DNA of 32,000 bases from Propionibacterium ruminifibrarum. Its GTDB lineage: Bacteria; Actinomycetota; Actinomycetes; Propionibacteriales; Propionibacteriaceae. Both the position numbers and the translations under genes were made by a program. Position 1 is the stretch's first letter. Each line of letters opens with the position of its first letter. Under the pieces are notes generated by a model, which saw only the letters and a list, made by a program, of their open reading frames with translations, was not told where the DNA came from and did not search any database. The stretch covers positions 270,001 through 302,000 of the forward strand of contig NZ_OMOH01000004.1 of NCBI RefSeq assembly GCF_900289195.1, given 5' to 3'. Shown piece by piece: positions 24,183 through 32,000 of this stretch.

Positions 24183-24788
24183 ATGACGACCGTGCTCATC
24201 GTCAGGGCCCATGTGCTCGACGCCACCCGCTCGCACTCGATGAAGGGCCTGGACCGGTTCATCGAGGTCTACTCGGCCACCCACCCCGGCGACACCCTCG
24301 AGGTCCTCGACGTCTACGACGGCTCCGTGCCGGAGATCGACGCCGACATCGTGGCCCACCTGTACCCCGACGGCACCCAGCCCTCACCCGAGGCGGCCGC
24401 CAAGGGCGCCCGATTCGACGCGCTCACCGACCAGTTCCTGGCAGCGGACAAGATCGTCATCGCCAACCCGCTGTGGAATCTCAACCTGCCGTCGAGGCTG
24501 CACTCCTGGGTCGACACGATCTGCGTCGCCGGCAAGACCTTCACGTACACCGAGCAGGGCCCGGTCGGGTTGGCCGCCGGCAAGAAGGTGCTGCACATCC
24601 AGTCGAGCGGCGGGGTCTACGGCGGCAAGGAGCCGGGCTCGACGTACCTCGAGCAGGTCCTGAGGCTGACCGGCATCACCGACATCACCTCCGTGTTCAT
24701 CGAGGGCCAGGACTACGCCCCGGACAAGGACGCGGAGATCACCGCGGCCGCCCTGGCCCGGATCGAGGAGATCGCCAAGGACTTCTGA
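24183..24788 (+). CDS. azoR: FMN-dependent NADH-azoreductase
   Basis: 201 aa from the ATG at 24183, with GAGGAG upstream. It begins MTTVLIVRAH ... and carries ADKIVIANPLWNLNLPSRLHSWVDTICVAGKTFTYTEQGPVGL ... KKVLHIQSSGG, which is the AzoR/AcpD flavodoxin-like pattern. Confidence 0.9.
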   Translation: MTTVLIVRAHVLDATRSHSMKGLDRFIEVYSATHPGDTLEVLDVYDGSVPEIDADIVAHLYPDGTQPSPEAAAKGARFDALTDQFLAADKIVIANPLWNLNLPSRLHSWVDTICVAGKTFTYTEQGPVGLAAGKKVLHIQSSGGVYGGKEPGSTYLEQVLRLTGITDITSVFIEGQDYAPDKDAEITAAALARIEEIAKDF

Positions 24789-25083
24789 GCCGAACTCGGC
24801 GAAGAGGGCCGCCCGTCGCCGACACGATGTTCGCGGCGGCCGGCGCCGATCTGCGACCGGCCCGTTCGGCACCTGCCAGGCCCCGGTGCGTGGGCATGCG
24901 CCGCCATGCGAACATCATCGCCAGGCAGCATCACGCATCGGGGCCGCCGCGCCTGGGACCACGGGGGCACCCGAAGCGGTCGTCCCGGCACGATGCCGGC
25001 CCTTCGTGCATCGTCTCGGTGGGCCCCACGTCGGCGCCATCGCCTAGCATGGTCACCGGAACACCCCAGCCCCTGGAGATCAC

Positions 25084-25746
25084 ATGAAGCGCCATTCCCG
25101 CGCGGCCGCCCTCGCCGCTGTTCTCACCGCCCTCACCCTGTCGATGTCGGCATGCTCGACCGCATCGGACGGCACCACCGGGTCACCGGAGTCCAGCGAG
25201 GCGGCCAGCTCACCCACTCCCACTGTCCCCGACGGGTACGCCCTCACCGAGGTGCCTGGAACCGGGCTCTCCATCGCCATCCCCTCCAGCTGGGAGACGC
25301 TGACCGCCGAGAACAGCTCGGACGATGCGCTCGTCGAACGCATCGCGCAGGCCCGGGGGATGGCGCCGGAGGCCCTGACCATGAGGCTGGAGGACTCCCA
25401 GCTCATCAGCGTCGACACCTCCGACACCACCGATTACGCGGAGAACATCACCGCGATGCAGGACACGGAAGAGGAGCTCGACGGGCTGCCCAGCGAGGAG
25501 GAGTTCACCGAGGAGTTCCTCTCCGACCGTGAGATCGACTCCGGCGAGTACGCCAGGGTGACGACGGGGAGCGGCGCCGATGCCGTTCGTTTCGTCTTCA
25601 CCGCGACGGGGGCCGACGGTCAGAAGCACCACGCGTCCCTCGTCCTCCTCGAGACTGGGGAGCACACCTTCTTCGCTGTGGCAGTCGACGCCGCCTCCAC
25701 CAGCCGCGCGCAGGAGCTCGCCGACGCGGTCATCGGATCTCTCTGA
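25084..25746 (+). CDS. Acidic lipoprotein of unknown function
   Basis: The signal peptide MKRHSRAAALAAVLTALTLSMSAC has a lipobox-like SMSAC. The mature part is rich in Asp/Glu/Ser/Thr. GGAG lies 6 nt upstream of the ATG. Confidence 0.7.
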   Translation: MKRHSRAAALAAVLTALTLSMSACSTASDGTTGSPESSEAASSPTPTVPDGYALTEVPGTGLSIAIPSSWETLTAENSSDDALVERIAQARGMAPEALTMRLEDSQLISVDTSDTTDYAENITAMQDTEEELDGLPSEEEFTEEFLSDREIDSGEYARVTTGSGADAVRFVFTATGADGQKHHASLVLLETGEHTFFAVAVDAASTSRAQELADAVIGSL

Positions 25747-25793
25747 GCCCACCGCCCGACGGAGGGGAGACGGCCCCGTCCCACGGGCATGAA

Positions 25794-25819
25794 CCCGCCG
25801 GGCTTAGCGAACCGGCGGG
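25794..25819 (+). terminator. Hairpin between the lipoprotein and ankyrin genes
   Basis: CCCGCCGG (25794-25801) pairs with CCGGCGGG (25812-25819) around a 10-nt loop, 48 nt after the stop at 25746. Confidence 0.35.
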
Positions 25820-25835
25820 TGGCTACCGTTCTCTC

Positions 25836-26495
25836 ATGGAACACGAGTTGCCCGACCTGGTGAACACCCTCGCCGGCCTGGGCCGGATCTGCGCCGAGGC
25901 CCCCGAGGGCGACAGGGCGTCGCTGCTGGTGGCGCGGGATGTCGTGAGGGACCGTGCCGTACAGATGGCCTACGAGCGAGCCAAGGCGGGAGACTGGCGG
26001 ACGGTCCTCGAGGCGTGGGCGCGCCACGAGATGTTCGCCCGCGGGTGCGCCCACCACGCCAAGCCGAGTTCGGGGTGGTCGTTCCTACACCAGGCCGCGT
26101 TCTGGGGCCACGAGGCGGCGTGCCGTGAACTCATCCGGTGGGGAGCTGACATCCACCTCAATGGCAAGGACGGCATGACCCCGTCCCAGGTGGCCACCGC
26201 GCGGGGGCACGGTGGCCTCGCGGCGCTCCTCGACCAAGCCGGCGAGCACGCCCGTGCCGCGTGGACTGCCCCCTCAGAGGCGTCACTGCTGCCGGCGAGC
26301 AATGCCTTCACTGAGGGCACCGCCTGGACCCCGCCTCACAACGACCGGGTCCGCTACGGCAACGGGTCGGTGCCGATCATCGCGGGGATCCCGGTCTGGG
26401 TCGATGACTTCCAGCGGATCCTGGTGGGATGGCGCGGCTCCATGACCCCTCCCTACGATATGGACCTCAAATCGCTGATTCCCGGTGTCGACTGA
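25836..26495 (+). CDS. Ankyrin-repeat protein with an uncharacterised C-terminal domain
   Basis: 219 aa with no signal peptide. GWSFLHQAAFWGHEAACRELIRWGADIHLNGKDGMTPSQVATARGHGGLAALLDQAG fits two consecutive ANK repeats (G-x-[ST]xLHxAAxxGHxxxxxxLIxxGAdxN). The C-terminal ~80 aa have no motif I recognise. Confidence 0.7.
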   Translation: MEHELPDLVNTLAGLGRICAEAPEGDRASLLVARDVVRDRAVQMAYERAKAGDWRTVLEAWARHEMFARGCAHHAKPSSGWSFLHQAAFWGHEAACRELIRWGADIHLNGKDGMTPSQVATARGHGGLAALLDQAGEHARAAWTAPSEASLLPASNAFTEGTAWTPPHNDRVRYGNGSVPIIAGIPVWVDDFQRILVGWRGSMTPPYDMDLKSLIPGVD

Positions 26496-26696
26496 ACGGT
26501 GGGGCCTCCAGCAACTCGTTCGTCGGCGCGCCCCTGGCCCGGCACCACGCCATGCTTCGGCAGCGCCCCGCACCGGTCGCCTGCCACGCGCGCACCCGGA
26601 CGAGGCCGACAAACGACCTGAAGGCCAAGGCCGCCCGCGCCTGCCACACGCGCTTGGACCAGGCGCGGTGTCCCGACAGGACGGACCATACGTACC

Positions 26697-27005
26697 TCAG
26701 GTCAGGAGCTGAAGGGCCTCGGCCGCGCCGATGGCCAGGGCGGCGCCCAGGACCACCGCCGACAGGTCGTGGCCGCGCCAGCCGAGCACGAGGGCGACCC
26801 CCAGGGCGACGAGCCCGGTGGCGAGTGAGGGGGCGTCGGTGAGGATGGCGGGGAAGGCCATCGCCGCCAGCACCACGTAGGGCAGGTAGTGCAGGAAGCT
26901 GAGCGCCCACTGGTTCGTGATGCGTCGCCGGATGGCCAGCAGGGGGACGGCCCGCATGAGATAGGTGACGACGGCCATGATCGCCACGCCGAACCACAGG
27001 TTCAT
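26697..27005 (-). CDS. azlD: Branched-chain amino acid exporter small subunit AzlD
   Basis: 102 aa from the ATG at 27005 (aa 170 of the track ORF), overlapping the azlC stop as ATGA. It begins MNLWFGVAIMAVVTYLMRAVPLL and is very hydrophobic. Confidence 0.8.
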   Translation of the reverse strand: MNLWFGVAIMAVVTYLMRAVPLLAIRRRITNQWALSFLHYLPYVVLAAMAFPAILTDAPSLATGLVALGVALVLGWRGHDLSAVVLGAALAIGAAEALQLLT

Positions 27006-27712
27006 GCCTGCGCCCCATGCTCGTCCGACGCTCGGACCGGGGCGATGGTGGCGAGCACCGCCGAGACCACCAGGGCGGTGACGATGATCCGCCAGCCCGA
27101 GGCGAGGTCGGTCCACACGGCGAGCACGGCGCTCAACCCGGCGCCGCCCGCCACGGCGCCGAGCACGGAGCGCGCCCGGGCGGCGACGGGGGTGACGATC
27201 GCCACGAACATGACGTACATGAGCAGGCCGAAGGCGGCGGTGAGCCGGGCCGGGAGTGCGTCGCCCACCAGCCCGCCGAGTACCGTGCCGCTGGTCCACC
27301 CGATGATGGGCAGCACGCAGCCGCTCAGGTAGGAGGCGACGGTGAGCCGCGTGCGTGACATTCCCAGGGCGTAGATCTCGTCGGTGATCCCCCACGCCAG
27401 CAGCATGCGCTGCCAGGTACCGGCACCAGGCCCCAGACGCTGGCCCAGCGAGATCGACATGAGCACATAGCGCAGGTTCACCAGGAAGACCCCGAGGGCG
27501 AGCTGCAACCACGAGCCGCCGCTGGTGATCACCGTCACCCCGGCCAGTTGGCCCGAGGAGGAGACGTTGGTGAGCGAGATGAGCCCGGACATCGCCGGGG
27601 GGATTCCGCCGCGGGCGCAGAACAGCCCGAAGGCCATGGCCACGAAGAAGTAGCCGACCATGATGGGGATCGAGTCCCTCATGGCGGTGGTGATCTCCTC
27701 GCGTCCGGTCAC
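27002..27712 (-). CDS. azlC: Branched-chain amino acid exporter large subunit AzlC
   Basis: 236 aa. SIPIMVGYFFVAMAFG ... LTNVSSSGQLA ... FLVNLRYVLMSISL is typical of AzlC. The start is GTG at 27712; ATG at 27682 is an alternative. Confidence 0.85.
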   Translation of the reverse strand: MTGREEITTAMRDSIPIMVGYFFVAMAFGLFCARGGIPPAMSGLISLTNVSSSGQLAGVTVITSGGSWLQLALGVFLVNLRYVLMSISLGQRLGPGAGTWQRMLLAWGITDEIYALGMSRTRLTVASYLSGCVLPIIGWTSGTVLGGLVGDALPARLTAAFGLLMYVMFVAIVTPVAARARSVLGAVAGGAGLSAVLAVWTDLASGWRIIVTALVVSAVLATIAPVRASDEHGAQA

Positions 27713-27979
27713 TGCGACACCCTACGCGCGCAGGGGACCCGTCGCCGAGTCATCCCACCCCTCGAAGCCGGTCTCACGCAGCGCACAGGCTCTCGCCCTG
27801 CACCCGGGATACGGGCGAGTCTGTCGACGGTGGCCCTCGAAAGTCATGCGCGGGGAGGGCCCGGAGCCGCCTCGGACACGGGCACGACTGTGGTGACCCG
27901 CCCCGTGCGTGTCTCGGATCACCCGGTGCCGCCCGGGTACGGGCACGACCCTCCCCGCCCGGCGTGCCGGCAGCCTCTC

Positions 27980-28020
27980 GGCCCATGCCCGGCACCATGG
28001 AATGATGCGGGTCATGGGCC
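27980..28020 (-). terminator. Hairpin downstream of the last nucleoside-locus gene
   Basis: GGCCCATG (27980-27987) pairs with CATGGGCC (28013-28020), and 4 further inner pairs are possible. On the minus strand it begins 22 nt after the stop at 28042. Confidence 0.3.
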
Positions 28021-28041
28021 GGCCGGCCCGCGACGCCCCGG

Positions 28042-28989
28042 TCAGGTCAGGACGGAGCCGACTCGCGTCATGAACTCCCCGAGGAAGCGCTCGACGTCGA
28101 CCTGCACCGCGACCTCAACCGTCTTCACCGGATCCGATAGCCCCTCGAGACTGCCGATGGTGCGTCCCCGGGTCGGCCCCTCCAGATCGACCTGCATGTT
28201 GATGGGGAGCAGGGTGACCAGGCTCTGATCGGCGGCCACGGCGACGGCGAGCGGGTCGTGCAGACCACAGCCGGCGATGTCCATGGCCCTTGTCTCGAAA
28301 TCGATGTAGTAGTCCGTCATGTCCGCGTAGCAGCGGCCGGCCTCCGTGCCCAGGTCGCGCCACGTCGAGGTCTCGGCCTTGGTCAGGAGGGTCTGGTGGG
28401 TGACGTCCAGGCCGATCATGATCACCCTGGCCCCGGACCGGAACAGCCGGTCGGTGGCCTCGGGGTCCTGGCTGACGTTCGCCTCCGTCCATGCGTTCAC
28501 ATTGCCCTCGGTGGTCAGCGCGCCGCCCATCATGACGATCGGCCCCATGAGGCCCTTGATCGCCGGGTCCTTCTCGAGGGCTGTGACGATGTTCGTCGCC
28601 GCCCCGGTCGGGATGCACATGAGCTCCTCGCCGTACCGGTGCGCCGATTCGATGATGAAGTCGACGGCAGGTTGGTGCTCGACGGGGCGCTTCGCATCGG
28701 GGATCTCGACCTCGCCGATGCCGTTCTGGCCATGGACGAAGGTCGAGATCTCGGTCGGGGTGAAGGAATCGGCGGTCATCGAGTGGCCGACCCCGGCGAA
28801 CACCGGCACATCCGTGCGCCCCAGCATCTCGAGAACGGCCAGTGAATTGCGTACCGACCGCTCGACCGTGACGTTGCCGTAGGTGGCGGTGATGCCGATG
28901 AGTTCGAGCTCCGGGCTTCCGAGGGCGTAGGCGATCGCGAGCGCGTCGTCGATCCCGGTGTCGAGGTCGAGAATGATTTTCTTGGTCAT
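28042..28989 (-). CDS. Nucleoside hydrolase (IUNH/Rih family)
   Basis: 315 aa. The N-terminal Ca-binding fingerprint is IILDLDTGIDDALAIAYAL, with HDPLAV later in the sequence. The SD AAAGGAGA lies upstream of the ATG at 28989. Confidence 0.9.
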   Translation of the reverse strand: MTKKIILDLDTGIDDALAIAYALGSPELELIGITATYGNVTVERSVRNSLAVLEMLGRTDVPVFAGVGHSMTADSFTPTEISTFVHGQNGIGEVEIPDAKRPVEHQPAVDFIIESAHRYGEELMCIPTGAATNIVTALEKDPAIKGLMGPIVMMGGALTTEGNVNAWTEANVSQDPEATDRLFRSGARVIMIGLDVTHQTLLTKAETSTWRDLGTEAGRCYADMTDYYIDFETRAMDIAGCGLHDPLAVAVAADQSLVTLLPINMQVDLEGPTRGRTIGSLEGLSDPVKTVEVAVQVDVERFLGEFMTRVGSVLT

Positions 28990-29107
28990 GCTGCTCTCCT
29001 TTCCGTGGGTTCTTGCGTGTCAGTGGTTCCGGAGGAGTCGGCTCGGGGCATCGAGCGGGGAAGCAGTCGGCCCTTCCCGGAGCAGAGGGGGACCAGGCCC
29101 GTTCCCG

Positions 29108-30478
29108 TCACCAGACGAAGAGTCCGACCATGCCCGCCGAGAGCAGGGAGACGAGGATTCCCGACAGGAGCATGCGGCCGACGTTCTTCGCAATGAGTTC
29201 GTTGCGCTCCTTGTCGACGATGCCCTTGAAGGTGCCGATGATCATGCCGAGGGTCCCGAAGTTGGCGAAGGAGGTGAGGAACACCGTGAGGACCGCTTGG
29301 TGATGCGGGGAGAACGTGGTGATGGTGTCCATGACCTGCCCCATGGCGACGAATTCGTTGGTGACGAGTTTGAGGCCCATGACCTGTGACATGTCCCACG
29401 CGGTGGCGGGGTCGAGCCCGAGCAGGAGCGAGGGGACGTACAGGAAGACGCCGAGGATCGATTCGAGGGACAGGGGCGACCAGATGGCGCCGAGGATCTT
29501 GTCGATGAGGGCCGCGAGGGCCACGAAGGTGATGACGTTCGCCGTGACGATGAGGACGAGCCGGCCGCCGTTGAGGATCGAGTCGCCGAGGAAGGAGAAG
29601 AAGGGTTCCTTCTTGGGCCGGTTCGGATCGCGCCTGACGATCTTCTCGAACCAGCCGCCGAGCCCCGGTTTCACCGCCGTCTCGACTGCCGCCGGGGCCT
29701 CCGCGGGCCGGGACGTCGCATCCGCCTCGGATACGGCCGCCGTCGACACGGGCTGCTTCTCCGCGTCCTGGGCCAAGGCGTCCTCGTAGGTGTAGACGAC
29801 GTCCTCCTCCGCGGTGACCTCGACGGGGTAGAGCATCGACGTCACGATGAGGGCGTTGAGGCAGTTGAGCGGAACCGCGGTGAGGATGTACTCCGCCGGC
29901 ATCATCTGGATGTACGCGGCGAGAATCGATGCCGTCACGCAGCTCATCGTCATCATCGCGACCACGACGTTGCGGGCCGGTGACATCTTCTGGAGCTGGA
30001 GTTTGGAGACGACGGGCGCCTCCGTGTTGCCGAGGAACATCATCTCGATGGAGTAGAAGGTCTCGAACTTCGGCCGGCGGGTGATGAAGCTCAGGATGCG
30101 GCCGATCCACTTGATGAGCCATGGCAGGAAACCGATGTACGTGAGGATGTCGAAGATCGGCAGGATCAGGAGGATCGGGAGCAGCGCGGAGACCACGAAG
30201 TTCACCGGTTCGGGGTTGACGCCATCGGCGCCGACCCAGTTGGCGAGCGCGAAGTTGATGCCCGTCCAGGCGACGTCGACGAGCTCGTTGAAGGCCGCCG
30301 CGGCTCCTCGAACAGCCGCCCGCCCCAGGGAAAAACTGGTGAGGAGCCACGCCAGCGCGAGGTTGAGCGCCGTGAGGATGCCGACGGACTGTCAGTCGAT
30401 CTTCTTGCGGTCGTGCGAGAACGCCAGGCCGATTGCGAGGAATACGACGACGCCCACGATGTTGAGTGCGAGATACAT
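29108..30478 (-). pseudogene. nupC: NupC-family (CNT) nucleoside transporter interrupted by an in-frame TGA at codon 29
   Basis: ATG at 30478 opens MYLALNIVGVVVFLAIGLAFSHDRKKID, then TGA (30392-30394). The same frame then continues QSVGILTALNLALAWLLTSF ... into the 365-aa track ORF. That ORF ends with the CNT C-terminal pattern KLVTNEFVAM ... FLTSFANFGTLGMIIG. Similarity to NupC runs across the stop. Confidence 0.75.
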
Positions 30479-30542
30479 GTGAGACCCTTCGGGGTGATGG
30501 TGGTTTGCCGGAAATGGAAAAGGGGTTCGCGCGCCGAGGCGA

Positions 30543-31484
30543 TCAGGTCTGGGGCAGCCTGCGGAGGGCGTCCTCGACGGCGCCCCAGAAACGATCGACG
30601 TCCAGACCCGTGCCGATCCTGGTCCGGCACTCCGGGTCCTCTTCCCCGCGCATGTCGGCGACCGTCATGCCATAGGTGATCCGCCCGCGGATCTCGACGT
30701 CGAGGGGCGCCCGGCGGGTCTCGACGATCGACGGGTCGATGACGTAGGCCACGGCGCACGGATCGTGCGTGGGCGGATCGGCAAAGGCCTGCTGATCCCG
30801 GTAGGCGGCGCGGAAGAAGTCCATGAGCCCGTTGACGACTCCCGCCAGCCTCGGGTTGGCCGCGCAGAGCCGCTCCTGGACCTCGTGAGTGCACAGCGCG
30901 CGGTGCGTCACGTCCAGCCCGATCATCGTCACCGGCCACGTCTCGTTGAAGACGATGTGCGCGGCCTCGGGATCGCACAGGATGTTGAACTCCGCCACGG
31001 GCGTGGCGTTCCCCGGCCCGTGCGCGCCGCCCATGAGGACGACCTGCTTGACCCGGTCGACGATGCGCGGTTCGAGCCTGGCCGCCAGCGCGATGTTCGT
31101 CAGCGGCCCCGTCGGCACGAGAACGACCGTTCCCGGATCACGGGTCATGATCTCGCCGATCATCCACTCGACCGCGTGCCACTGGGAGAGCTCGCGGGTC
31201 GGCGCCGGGAGCTCCACGCCGTCGAGCCCCGTCTGGCCATGGATCCCGGCCGCATCGATCGCCTCCCGGATCAGCGGGCGGCGGGCACCGGCGTGCACGG
31301 GAACATCGGGGGCGCCGGCCACCTCGCACACCGCCCGGGCGTTGTATGTGACCTTGTCCAGGGAATGGTTGCCACCGACAGTGGTGATGCCGATGAGGTC
31401 GATCTCGGGGCTGCCGAGCGCCATGAGGATGGCGATCGCGTCGTCGTGCCCCGGGTCGCAGTCAAGGATGATTGATGTTGCCAC
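30543..31484 (-). CDS. Nucleoside hydrolase (RihA/RihB-like, IUNH family)
   Basis: 313 aa from the GTG at 31484 (aa 80 of the track ORF), with AAGGAG 7 nt upstream. Motifs: IILDCDPGHDDAIAILMAL, GPLTNIA, AEFNILCDPEAA and HDPCAVAY. Confidence 0.9.
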   Translation of the reverse strand: MATSIILDCDPGHDDAIAILMALGSPEIDLIGITTVGGNHSLDKVTYNARAVCEVAGAPDVPVHAGARRPLIREAIDAAGIHGQTGLDGVELPAPTRELSQWHAVEWMIGEIMTRDPGTVVLVPTGPLTNIALAARLEPRIVDRVKQVVLMGGAHGPGNATPVAEFNILCDPEAAHIVFNETWPVTMIGLDVTHRALCTHEVQERLCAANPRLAGVVNGLMDFFRAAYRDQQAFADPPTHDPCAVAYVIDPSIVETRRAPLDVEIRGRITYGMTVADMRGEEDPECRTRIGTGLDVDRFWGAVEDALRRLPQT

Positions 31485-31644
31485 GATGAAACTCCTTCGT
31501 TCGCGTGGTTCGGCCCTGCGACGCGCCCCTTCTTCGGGGTGCCGCCCGACCACGGGCCCCGCCCGTCCCGCTCTCGCCGATCCGTGTTGGCGCGATGCGC
31601 GGTCTTGACGATTCGGTTGGCTCGTGCGAAAGTTGTAGCACGTT

Positions 31645-31658
31645 TGGAAACGTTTCCA
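31645..31658. promoter_or_regulatory. Perfect 14-bp LacI/PurR-type operator palindrome
   Basis: TGGAAACGTTTCCA equals its own reverse complement and fits the LacI-family half-site pattern TGnAAnCG/CGnTTnCA. It lies 15 nt upstream of the LacI-family ATG and about 160 nt upstream of the hydrolase start (31484). Confidence 0.6.
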
Positions 31659-31672
31659 CAAGGGGGTGGCCG

Positions 31673-32000
31673 ATGACGAATCCCACTGAGCCCGGGCCGA
31701 CGGTCCCGACGGGTTCCCCACAAGGCATCGAGGCGCAGTCGACGAACAGGGCTCCTCGCGCCCGCCCGACCATCAAGGACGTCGCCGCACTCGCCGGCGT
31801 ATCGCTCGGAACCGCCTCGCGGGTTCTGACCAACCACCCGGCCACTTCCGCGACCGCTCGCGAGAAGGTCCGCGCCGCCGCCCTCAGCCTCGGCTACCAG
31901 GTCAACCTGAGGGCCCGCTCGCTGCGCACCTCCCGCACGAACGCGATCGGCCTGATCGTGCCCGACATCCGCAACCCCTTCTTCGCCGGGCTCGCCCAGT
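31673..32000 (+). CDS. LacI-family transcriptional regulator, 3' end outside the window
   Basis: Absent from the ORF track because it has no stop inside the window. Translation from the ATG at 31673 gives a ~30-aa leader, then PTIKDVAALAGVSLGTASRVLTNHPATSATAREKVRAAALSLGYQVNLRARSLRTSRTNAIGLIVPDIRNPFF. This is the canonical LacI HTH plus the start of the sugar-binding core. Confidence 0.85.
   Translation, partial: MTNPTEPGPTVPTGSPQGIEAQSTNRAPRARPTIKDVAALAGVSLGTASRVLTNHPATSATAREKVRAAALSLGYQVNLRARSLRTSRTNAIGLIVPDIRNPFFAGLAQ

Noticed and set aside
27713-28041. 330-bp gap upstream of azlC considered as a riboswitch or T-box leader
   Set aside because: I could not recognise any conserved riboswitch core, specifier or T-box sequence. 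The only clear structures are the terminator-like stem of the upstream operon (27980-28020) and the low-complexity palindrome GGGCCGGCCGGCCC (28016-28029). It remains unassigned; an Rfam scan would settle it.
30392-30394. The in-frame TGA of nupC as a selenocysteine codon
   Set aside because: I saw no convincing SECIS-like hairpin immediately downstream. The aligned position in NupC-type transporters is not a redox residue. TGG to TGA is a one-step change, so a nonsense mutation or sequencing error is more parsimonious.
1-32000. CRISPR arrays, tRNA/rRNA genes, IS elements, integrases, prophage or known defence-system genes
   Set aside because: No regularly spaced direct repeats, no tRNA-like T-arm (GGTTCGAAT-type) contexts, no terminal inverted repeats flanking a transposase-like ORF, and no nuclease/helicase/ATPase defence signatures were seen on either strand.

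Overview
This is a 32-kb, very GC-rich window (about 70% by eye, with codon third positions almost all G/C). It looks like an actinobacterial chromosomal segment and is about 90% coding. I call 28 protein-coding loci: 2 are cut by the window edges and 1 is disrupted. I recognised no rRNA, tRNA, CRISPR array, transposase/integrase or phage genes. Contents from left to right: (i) A partial cysteine-less DsbA-like gene convergent with lysS. (ii) A minus-strand, translationally coupled six-gene operon (11396 down to 2439). It encodes a 798-aa fused two-module glycosyltransferase, a GT4 glycosyltransferase, an MsbA-like ABC exporter, two divergent APH-fold kinases and UDP-glucose 6-dehydrogenase. 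This is the most unusual content of the window. (iii) A 570-bp ORF-free, hairpin-rich region upstream of that operon. (iv) A cupin + SAM-methyltransferase pair divergent from a TetR + heterodimeric ABC exporter operon, with a perfect 20-bp palindrome between them. (v) A redox/electrophile-type neighbourhood (F420-oxidoreductase-like, HxlR, NmrA-like, AzoR). (vi) A GH31 glycoside hydrolase bracketed by two mutually homologous small 2-TM proteins. (vii) An acidic lipoprotein and an ankyrin-repeat protein. (viii) azlCD. (ix) A nucleoside-catabolism locus (hydrolase, nupC, hydrolase) divergent from a LacI-family regulator. It has a perfect 14-bp LacI-type operator, and nupC carries an in-frame TGA at codon 29. 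Most of the long ORFs in the six-frame track are GC-driven shadow ORFs or upstream run-ons of real genes. Every function is inferred from motifs read by eye; no database search was possible.
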